Assembly: GCA_038227875.1 (NCBI GenBank) | Contig: JBBRPR010000020.1 | Span: forward strand, 1-64,000 | DNA: 64,000 bases | Origin: Planctomycetota bacterium | GTDB taxonomy: Bacteria > Planctomycetota > SZUA-567 > H5-PLA8 | Reading direction: 5' to 3' | In this document: piece after piece, positions 37,693 to 45,124 of the stretch | How the letters are laid out: every line of letters begins with the position of its first letter | Position numbering within the stretch: the stretch's first letter is position 1 | Translations under genes and position numbers: made by a program | The notes under the pieces: generated by a model | What the model saw: the letters and a program-made list of their open reading frames with translations, nothing else | What the model was told of the DNA's origin: nothing | The model's database searches: none

Positions 37693-37710
37693 TGTTACAG
37701 TTTGTTACAG
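37693..37710. promoter_or_regulatory. Direct repeat TGTTACAG-N2-TGTTACAG, candidate transcription-factor site
   Basis: Exact 8-bp repeat at 10-bp spacing in the divergent HU / sigma70 intergenic region. Confidence 0.4.
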
Positions 37711-37867
37711 CCGAAGGGGAACCTTTTCGCAAAGTTCGGAAAAATCTTCTTATCGAGGGAACTGTGGTGACGATCGTACGCTGGCGTCCGAGGCTGCATG
37801 CGGTTGCGCGTGCATTTTCGCCCGTTATAGTCGTCTTAAAGATATTACCTTTAGAGAGGATCTGACT

Positions 37868-38953
37868 ACGGCTATCAACGACGCAGAAGTCGAGCTTTAT
37901 CTTGCTGAAATCAGCAAGTTCAAGCTGTTGACGATGCAGGAAGAGCGGGAGCTGGCTTACAAAATCGCGCAAGGCGATACGGAAGCTCGCGACCGGATGA
38001 TCCGTTGCAACCTGCGTCTGGTTGTCAGTATTGCCAAAAATTACAACGACCGCGGCATGGCGTTTTTGGATCTGATTGAAGAAGGAAATCTGGGATTGCT
38101 GAAAGCAGTCGGCCGATTTTCGCCGGACCAGGGTTGCAAATTTTCGACGTATGCGTCGTGGTGGATCAAGCAGACCATCCGCCGCGCATTGATCAACAAA
38201 GTTAAATCCGTGCGCGTGCCGGCATATATGGTGGAAGTGCTGACGCGCTGGAAGCGCACCAGCGCCAAGCTGGCGCAGAAACTCGGGCGCGATCCCGACA
38301 TCGACGAAATCGGCCGCGAATTGAAACTGTCACCTTCGAAGATCGCGATCATCCGCCAGGCGCTGAGCGCCTCGGCGCCGGTGGGCCGTGGCGGTGGCGG
38401 CGGGCAGGATTCCGACGGCTCGTTCGATCTGGAAGACATTCTCGCCGGCGTTCCCAGCCGCGAAGAAGAAGCGAGCCTTCCCGGCGACTACGACCGTGAG
38501 GCGCTGCGCTCCGCACTGGAATTCGCGCTGACCGATCGCGAACGGCACATCATCGAACTGCGGTACGGGTTGCATTCCGAAGACACATCGGAAGACGCCG
38601 AAGCGTTCACGCTGGAAAAAATCGGCGAAAAAATCGGACTGACGCGCGAGCGCGTTCGGCAGATTGAAAACCAGGCGCTGCGGAAGTTGCAGATTTTCCT
38701 GCAGCAGAAAGACGAGCGCGAAGAACGCGAGCGCGTCGCGCGCCGGAAAAATCGCGCCGAAGCGCAGCGGCAGGGCCTGCCCGCGCCCAAGCCCGATCAC
38801 GCTCAGGCCACGCCGACAGAAAGCGAAGCGTTGGAAGCCGCACGGCAAGTCAAACAGCCGCGCGCGCGCAAGGCCAAAGCCGCTCCTCCCAAGCCCCTGG
38901 TTGCGTCTGATCCGGACGACGATACAGACGACGCCGGCGATGCGGACGAATAG
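37868..38953 (+). CDS. Sigma-70 family RNA polymerase sigma factor (RpoD/RpoS-type), probable non-canonical start
   Basis: Region 1.2 (DAEVELYLAEISKFKLLT), NLRLVVSIAK, DLIEEGNLGL, KFSTYASWWI, LTRERVRQIE; first ATG/GTG/TTG in frame is only at 37928. Confidence 0.93.
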   Translation, partial: TAINDAEVELYLAEISKFKLLTMQEERELAYKIAQGDTEARDRMIRCNLRLVVSIAKNYNDRGMAFLDLIEEGNLGLLKAVGRFSPDQGCKFSTYASWWIKQTIRRALINKVKSVRVPAYMVEVLTRWKRTSAKLAQKLGRDPDIDEIGRELKLSPSKIAIIRQALSASAPVGRGGGGGQDSDGSFDLEDILAGVPSREEEASLPGDYDREALRSALEFALTDRERHIIELRYGLHSEDTSEDAEAFTLEKIGEKIGLTRERVRQIENQALRKLQIFLQQKDEREERERVARRKNRAEAQRQGLPAPKPDHAQATPTESEALEAARQVKQPRARKAKAAPPKPLVASDPDDDTDDAGDADE

Positions 38954-38987
38954 TACGATTTCCCGATCAGATCGGACGTGACCTGCC

Positions 38988-39809
38988 ATGATCCTGGGCG
39001 CTCCACTTACGCTTTCCGCGCAGCAGCCGCTCGCGGAACGGATCGATGCCGTCAAGAAGGCCGGATATTCGTGCGTACAGGTGAATCTGTCCGGACCTCC
39101 GACCTCGGAACTCAACGACAGCCTGAAGCGTTGCGCCGACGAAGGACTTGAGGTCGTCGCGATCGGCTGCTACGGCAATCCGCTGCAGCCGTGGACGCGA
39201 TCCGCGCAGGACGTATGCGCGGAGGATGCCTTTGCGTTGCTGGAATTTCTGCCGGTGCGCGAGAAGCCGTGGCCAATCGTGACGTGGAGCGGCACGCTTT
39301 CGGGGCAGCTCACCACGCCGCATCCCGGCAACACCAGCCCCGGGGCATTGCGCGAATTGAATTTCTGGGCGCGCCGCGCGAGTGCTGCGTTCAGCGCCAA
39401 AAATGCCAAGCTGCTCTTCAAGCCGCATAACGCTCACGCCTTGAACAACGCGGATGGAACGTACGATTTTCTGGCCGAACTGGACAACCCGCGCATTGGT
39501 GTGGTGATCGACGTCTGTAATTTTCTGACGCCGCGTAATTTTCACGAACGCGAGAAACACATCGTCGGCGCTATCGATTTGCTTGCGCCATTTGCCGGGT
39601 TGGCAGCGTTGAAAGACGCGCGGATCGAGCAGTTCAAAGTCGGGTATACGTCTCCCGGTCAGGGACAGGTCGGGTATGCGGGGTTACTGCGCCAGTTGAA
39701 CCGTCGCTGCAAAACCATTCCATGGATGATCGAATGCCCAGAGAGCGAACAGCAGCTGCGGCATGCGCGGGCGTATGTGGAGTTGCAGGGGCAACTGGCG
39801 GGTCTTTGA
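38988..39809 (+). CDS. Sugar phosphate isomerase/epimerase (xylose-isomerase-like TIM barrel)
   Basis: GCYGNPL, VVIDVCN, LKDA, PGQGQVGY, MIE; several metal ligands look altered. Confidence 0.8.
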   Translation: MILGAPLTLSAQQPLAERIDAVKKAGYSCVQVNLSGPPTSELNDSLKRCADEGLEVVAIGCYGNPLQPWTRSAQDVCAEDAFALLEFLPVREKPWPIVTWSGTLSGQLTTPHPGNTSPGALRELNFWARRASAAFSAKNAKLLFKPHNAHALNNADGTYDFLAELDNPRIGVVIDVCNFLTPRNFHEREKHIVGAIDLLAPFAGLAALKDARIEQFKVGYTSPGQGQVGYAGLLRQLNRRCKTIPWMIECPESEQQLRHARAYVELQGQLAGL

Positions 39810-39960
39810 GCTTTTTTATGTCACGCAAAGCCGCAAAGAACGGCAACTGCCGGGAATGGGGATTCGGGAATCGGGATTCGGTGATCCGAGGCGGCGAATG
39901 CCGATTCCCGAATACCGGCAGTTCTTTGCGGCTTCGCGGCTTTGCGCGAGATAAAAAAGC
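39810..39960. repeat. Long imperfect inverted-repeat element (CACGCAAAGCCGC family) with inner GGGAATC/GGGATTC heptamers
   Basis: GCTTTTTTAT...TCACGCAAAGCCGCAAAGAAC pairs with GTTCTTTGCGGC...TTTGCGCGAGATAAAAAAGC. Confidence 0.8.
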
Positions 39961-40031
39961 GGGTCTTAATAGGGGCGAACAAAGTCGCCGCGTGGCACGT
40001 ATAGTGTAGAAACGCCATTGGAGAACGATTC

Positions 40032-41033
40032 ATGAGCGGCATGCGGACGCTGATCACCGGGGGTGCGGGGTTTATTGGGAGTCATCTGGCCGATCGGCTG
40101 CTCGCGAACGGCGCAGAGCTGACGATCCTCGATGACCTCTCCACCGGGCGCTACGCCAATGTTGCGCATCTGGAAGGCAAGCCGGGTGTCACGCTGATCG
40201 TCGACAGTGTGCTCAACGAACGGCTGATGGAAGATCTGATCCGGGGATCCGACCGCGTCTTTCACCTCGCCAGTGCGGTGGGCGTGAAGTTGATCATGGA
40301 ACAGCCGGTCAAAACGATCGAGACGATTTTTCGCGGCACGGAAATCGTGCTGAAAAATTGTTCGCGCTACCGCAAACGCGTCCTGATTCCCAGCAGCAGC
40401 GAAGTCTACGGAAAAGGCGTCTCGGTGCCCTTCCGCGAAGACGACGATGTCCTGACGGGTGCCACGAAAAAACACCGCTGGGCCTATGCCTGCGCCAAAT
40501 CGCTCGACGAATTTCTGGCGCTTGCGCACTTCAAGGAAACGCGGCTGCCGGTCTCCGTCGTGCGGTTGTTTAACACCGTCGGCCCACGGCAGAGCGGGCA
40601 TTACGGCATGGTCGTGCCGCGTTTCGTGCAGTCGGCGCTGGCTGGTGAGCCCATCGAAGTTCACGGCGATGGCAAGCAGAGCCGCTGCTTCGCGCACGTC
40701 GCGGATATTGTCGATGTCTTTGCCAGAGTGCTGGAGACGCCGGAATGTTTCGGCGAAGTGATCAATCTCGGGAACGATACAGAAGTCACCGTTGAGCAAC
40801 TCGCGCAGACGGTCGTGCAGCTGACGAAAAGCAAAAGCGAAATCCGTCGGATCCCGTACGACGCAGTGTATGGCGCGGGCTTCGAAGACATGCAGCGCCG
40901 CGTCCCGTGTCTGGAGAAGGCCAAACGGCTGCTGGGCTACACGCCTTCGCGGGATTTGAAGACGATCATTCTGGACGTGGCGAGCGCGCTGACGCGCGAG
41001 GGGTCAGGGGTCAGGGGCCAGGGGTCAGAGTAG
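40032..41033 (+). CDS. NAD-dependent nucleotide-sugar epimerase/dehydratase (extended SDR)
   Basis: TGGAGFIGSH, SSSEVYG, YACAK, RLFNTVGPRQ, GDGKQSRCF. Confidence 0.95.
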   Translation: MSGMRTLITGGAGFIGSHLADRLLANGAELTILDDLSTGRYANVAHLEGKPGVTLIVDSVLNERLMEDLIRGSDRVFHLASAVGVKLIMEQPVKTIETIFRGTEIVLKNCSRYRKRVLIPSSSEVYGKGVSVPFREDDDVLTGATKKHRWAYACAKSLDEFLALAHFKETRLPVSVVRLFNTVGPRQSGHYGMVVPRFVQSALAGEPIEVHGDGKQSRCFAHVADIVDVFARVLETPECFGEVINLGNDTEVTVEQLAQTVVQLTKSKSEIRRIPYDAVYGAGFEDMQRRVPCLEKAKRLLGYTPSRDLKTIILDVASALTREGSGVRGQGSE

Positions 41034-41190
41034 AGGACCGTTGCGTGGGGAATTGTGTCCTCCTGGTTTCGAATGTCATAACGCGACAATGCAACCTGTT
41101 CGCCAAAAGGCGGTAGACAAGTTTCAGCGGTAAGCCGCACTCTATTCTGGCCCTGACCCCTAACCCCTGGCCCCTCACGCGTCAGCGCGC
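40984..41190. mobile_element. MITE-like element with about 50-bp terminal inverted repeats built on GGGGTCA heptamers
   Basis: 40984-41035 and 41140-41190 are near reverse complements; the left arm supplies the epimerase C-terminus and stop codon. Confidence 0.6.
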
Positions 41191-41222
41191 CAGAGGCATT
41201 CTAATCGCGCAAAAATTCGCTA

Positions 41223-42413
41223 ATGCATTATAGTATCGGTATGGAATCCTCGAATCAGCTTCAGATGCAACACGTCCTTGTCGCCTGCGCGACGTTCAAG
41301 GGGACGATGTCGTCGAAAGAGGCCGGTGAAGCCGTCGCGCGCGGACTGACAAGCGTGGGGATTCATTCTCGCATCGTGGTTCTCGCCGATGGCGGCGAGG
41401 GACTTGTGGAAGCGCTGGCCAATCAGGTGAAGGGCGCACTGCTCGTCGGCGTGCCGAGCCGCTGTCCGTTGCTCCACCCGCGCACGGCGATGTTCGCGGT
41501 GCTGCCGAAGACCTCGCGGCGCACGGTCAGCACGGTTGTGATTGAAATGGCTGCGTCGAGCGGGCTGAACCTCGTGCCGGAAGCGCAGCGCGATCCGAAG
41601 ATCACGACGTCGTTGGGCGTGGGTGATCAGATTCTCGCGGCGCTGGAACATCAAGGGGAACACATCCAGATTCTGCTCGGGCTGGGCGGCAGCGCTACGA
41701 ACGACGGCGGCGCTGGCATGGCTCAGGCGCTGGGCGCGAAATTGCTCGACAAGAGCGGGGCGGAATTGGAACCCGGCGGCGCGGCGCTGTTGAACCTCGA
41801 CCGCATCGATATTTCCGGCATGGATCCGCGGCTGGCAACGGTGCCCGTGACCGTGGCGTGCGACGTGACGTCGCCGCTGTGCGGTCCGACGGGCGCGAGT
41901 TTCGTTTTCGGCAAGCAGAAGGGTGGCACGCCGGACGACCTGAAAATTCTCGACGAAGCCCTGGCGCATTACGCCGATGTGATTCGACGTGATCTGGGCA
42001 AATCGGTCGCCGACATTCCCGGCTCCGGTGCGGCCGGCGGGTTGGGTGCCGGGTGCCTCGCCTTCTTGAATGCGACATTGAAACCCGGAATCGAGATTGT
42101 GCTGGACGCGGTAGACTTCGATCGTTCGCTGAAAAACGCGCTGCTTGTGGTCACCGGCGAAGGACTGCTCGACGACCAGACGCTGATGGGTAAAGCGCCA
42201 GCCGGCGTGGCCGCGCGCGCCAAGCGTGCGGGTATCAAGTGCGTGGCGATCGGCGGCTCATACGCGGAAGCGCATCGAGCCCAATTGCTGGACGCGTTTT
42301 CAATTGTCGAATCCGTGAGCGAATTTGCCGGATCGAGCGAAGCGGCGATGCGAGAACCGTCGCGCTGGCTGGAAAATCTGGTTCACGACCGCGCGAAAGG
42401 CTGGCTGGCGTGA
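41223..42413 (+). CDS. glxK: Glycerate kinase
   Basis: FKGT, ADGGEG, GLGGSATNDGG, CDV, GAAGG, TGEG..D.QTLMGK; true start may be 41241 or 41265. Confidence 0.93.
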   Translation: MHYSIGMESSNQLQMQHVLVACATFKGTMSSKEAGEAVARGLTSVGIHSRIVVLADGGEGLVEALANQVKGALLVGVPSRCPLLHPRTAMFAVLPKTSRRTVSTVVIEMAASSGLNLVPEAQRDPKITTSLGVGDQILAALEHQGEHIQILLGLGGSATNDGGAGMAQALGAKLLDKSGAELEPGGAALLNLDRIDISGMDPRLATVPVTVACDVTSPLCGPTGASFVFGKQKGGTPDDLKILDEALAHYADVIRRDLGKSVADIPGSGAAGGLGAGCLAFLNATLKPGIEIVLDAVDFDRSLKNALLVVTGEGLLDDQTLMGKAPAGVAARAKRAGIKCVAIGGSYAEAHRAQLLDAFSIVESVSEFAGSSEAAMREPSRWLENLVHDRAKGWLA

Positions 42414-42569
42414 ATGTCGAATACTGAATGTCGAATGCCGAATATGCCGAGTCAATTTTGAATTGTTGTCGTCACGAACCTAATTTAAAATTCAAAACTC
42501 AAAATTAAAAATTGCTTTAGATGCGTTGACTGATTTCAATGCGCGCTGATTCCTGCCGATACATTCTGC

Positions 42570-43400
42570 ATGACCAAACTCAGCGACCTGGCCACCGAAC
42601 AGTCCAACTCCCGCAGCGCCAAACTCGACCGGCTTTCCATTCCTGAAGTTTTGCGCGTGATCAACCGTGAGGATGCGACGGTGGCGCGCGCGGTAGGCAA
42701 AGCCATTCCGCAGATCGCCGCCGCCACGAAAGTCATTGCACAAAAATTGAAAGCCGGCGGCCGGTTGTTCTACATTGGAGCAGGCACCAGCGGCCGGCTG
42801 GGTTGTTTGGATGCCAGCGAAATGCCGCCCACCTACGGCGTGCCGCACACCCTGATTCAAGGCATCATCGCCGGCGGCCCGCCCGCGCTGACGCGCAGCC
42901 AGGAAGGCGCTGAAGACGACGCAAAAGCGGGAATCGGCGATATTCGAAAGCGCAAAGTCTCCAAGCGCGATGCCGTTGTCGGATTATCCGTCTCGGGGCG
43001 TGCACGGTATGTCCGCGAGGCGCTGAACGAAGCGCGGCGGCGCGGCGCGTTCACGGCCTGCATCACCTGCAACAAAAACTCGCTGCTGATTCCCTGTGCG
43101 GATGTCGCGATCGTGGTGGAGACGGGTCCGGAAGTCGTAGCCGGCTCCACGCGCATGAAAGCCGGCACGGCTCAGAAAATGATTCTCAACATGATCTCCA
43201 CCGCATCGATGGTCCAGCTCGGCCGCGTCAAAGGCAACCGCATGCTGGATCTGCAGATCAAGTGCGAGAAATTGGAAGAGCGCGCGGTGAATCTGATCGT
43301 CGAAGAAACTGGAGTGAGCGCCGCGAAAGCTCTAAAAGCCCTGAAGCAGGCGAAGGGCTCCGTGCGTGCCGCGATCAATCTGCTCAAGTCAAAGTACTAG
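42570..43400 (+). CDS. murQ: N-acetylmuramic acid 6-phosphate etherase
   Basis: GAGTSGRLG.LDASE, EGAED, GPEVVAGSTRMKAGTAQK. Confidence 0.96.
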   Translation: MTKLSDLATEQSNSRSAKLDRLSIPEVLRVINREDATVARAVGKAIPQIAAATKVIAQKLKAGGRLFYIGAGTSGRLGCLDASEMPPTYGVPHTLIQGIIAGGPPALTRSQEGAEDDAKAGIGDIRKRKVSKRDAVVGLSVSGRARYVREALNEARRRGAFTACITCNKNSLLIPCADVAIVVETGPEVVAGSTRMKAGTAQKMILNMISTASMVQLGRVKGNRMLDLQIKCEKLEERAVNLIVEETGVSAAKALKALKQAKGSVRAAINLLKSKY

Positions 43401-43411
43401 GTTCCAGAAAC

Positions 43412-43441
43412 AAAAACTCCCCGCCTAAGCGGGGAGTTTTT
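43412..43441. terminator. Bidirectional rho-independent terminator
   Basis: AAAAACTCCCCGC-CTAA-GCGGGGAGTTTTT between convergent murQ and helicase genes. Confidence 0.9.
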
Positions 43442-43460
43442 ACTTCTCAGTCCTCAGTCG

Positions 43461-44960
43461 TCACGAGCCGCCTTTGTTTTCCCAAGGACGGGTGCGGTTG
43501 CCGCGGCGATTGTTGTTATTGCCGCGCTGCCAGGGTTTCGGGGCCGGGCCGCCATGACCTTGCGGCGCGCGTTCGCTGGCGCGCTCGACTTGCGGTTCGG
43601 ACGTCTGACGATGTCCCGCGCCGCGGATGGGTTCATTGGCCGGGCCGGATGGTGCACTGTAATGCGAATCGCGACGCGGCTGGTTGTAGGAGCGATGTTC
43701 GCCCTGGCCACCACCCTGATTGCGATTCGGGCGGAAGTTGCGTCCGCCTCCGCCCTGCCGGTTTCCACCATAACCGCCGCCTTGGCCGCGATGGCCGCCC
43801 GAACGCGGTGGCGGTTTGGCCACGTGGCGATCGAGTGACGGCGGGTTGACATAGTCGAAGTTCTCGAGCGTCTTGCGTTCGATCTGGCGGGCGATGAACT
43901 TCTCGATCGCCTTCATGTAGACCCAGTCTTCCGCGGCGCAGAGCGTAATGGCATCGCCCGTGGCTTCGGCGCGTCCTGTGCGGCCGATGCGGTGAACGTA
44001 ATCTTCCGGATGCTGCGGAATGTCGTAGTTGATCACGTGCGTGATCGATTCGACATCCAGTCCGCGCGCGGCGATGTCGGTGGCGACCATCACTTCAAAA
44101 CGCCCGTCGCGGAAGCCGCGTAGCGCCTGTTCGCGCTCGCGTTGCGTGCGGTTGGAATGGAGCACCGCCACGGCGTGTCCGTTGCGCTTTAACAACTGCG
44201 CGATGCGGTCGGCCTTGTGCTTCGTGCGGGTGAAAACCAGCAGCGAGTCGTAATTCAGCCGCTCCATCATTTCCAGCAGCAGCGCGGTCTTCTGTTCACT
44301 CGCCACGGGGTACATCGCGTGCGTGATCGTCTCGGCCGGCGAGCGGCGGTGGCCGATCTCGATGACCTCCGGCTGATGCATGGCCCAGCGCGAGAGGTCG
44401 GAGATTTCCGGCGGCATCGTCGCGGAGAACAGCAGCGTCTGCCGCTTCTTCGGGCAGGCTTCGATAATGCGCTTCACATCCGGCATGAAACCCATGTCGA
44501 GCATGCGGTCGGCTTCGTCAAGGACCAGGTGATTGACGCAGCGCAGGTCGATCGTGCGGCGCTGAATGTGGTCGATCAGGCGGCCGGGCGTGGCGACGAC
44601 GATGTCGGCTTCGCGCAGACTGCGTTCCTGCTGCGAGTAGCCGCAACCGCCGTAAATCACGGTCGTCTTGAGATCGGTGAAACGCGAGTAATCGCGAAAC
44701 GCCGTCTCGACCTGCGACGCGAGTTCGCGGGTGGGTTCCAGGACCAGCACGCGCAAATTGCCGTGGCCGTTGAGGTGCGAGAGGATCGGCAGCGCGAACG
44801 CGGCTGTTTTACCCGTACCTGTCTGAGCGCTGCCGATGATGTCTTTACCGGCGAGGCCCAGGGGGATGGTTCGAAGCTGGATCGGCGTGGGGTCAACGTA
44901 CCCCATGGCGCGGACGGCTTTTACAATGGGAGCTGCAAGCTCAAGTTTGCTGAATGGCAT
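43461..44960 (-). CDS. rhlE: DEAD-box RNA helicase (RhlE-like)
   Basis: AQTGTGKT, PTRELA, TPGRL, DEAD, SAT, ARGLD, HRIGRTGR; Gly/Arg/Asn-rich tail. Confidence 0.95.
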   Translation of the reverse strand: MPFSKLELAAPIVKAVRAMGYVDPTPIQLRTIPLGLAGKDIIGSAQTGTGKTAAFALPILSHLNGHGNLRVLVLEPTRELASQVETAFRDYSRFTDLKTTVIYGGCGYSQQERSLREADIVVATPGRLIDHIQRRTIDLRCVNHLVLDEADRMLDMGFMPDVKRIIEACPKKRQTLLFSATMPPEISDLSRWAMHQPEVIEIGHRRSPAETITHAMYPVASEQKTALLLEMMERLNYDSLLVFTRTKHKADRIAQLLKRNGHAVAVLHSNRTQREREQALRGFRDGRFEVMVATDIAARGLDVESITHVINYDIPQHPEDYVHRIGRTGRAEATGDAITLCAAEDWVYMKAIEKFIARQIERKTLENFDYVNPPSLDRHVAKPPPRSGGHRGQGGGYGGNRQGGGGRNFRPNRNQGGGQGEHRSYNQPRRDSHYSAPSGPANEPIRGAGHRQTSEPQVERASERAPQGHGGPAPKPWQRGNNNNRRGNRTRPWENKGGS

Positions 44961-45124
44961 CGATAGACAGTAACCGCAAGAGAGGGTGAATTCGAGTGAC
45001 GAATGTGTTGAATCGCGAATGCCGAACGTGGAGCGGATGCGTCAGGTGTGAATTTGAATTCATGAAAGCCTGTGGACAAAATCGTTTCTCAGACCAAAAT
45101 TTGGTGATCCATTGAGTCTGTTGA

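Noticed and set aside
39810..42514. CRISPR array among the short repeats
   Set aside because: Repeats are heptamers or inverted pairs, with no regular repeat-spacer pattern and no cas genes
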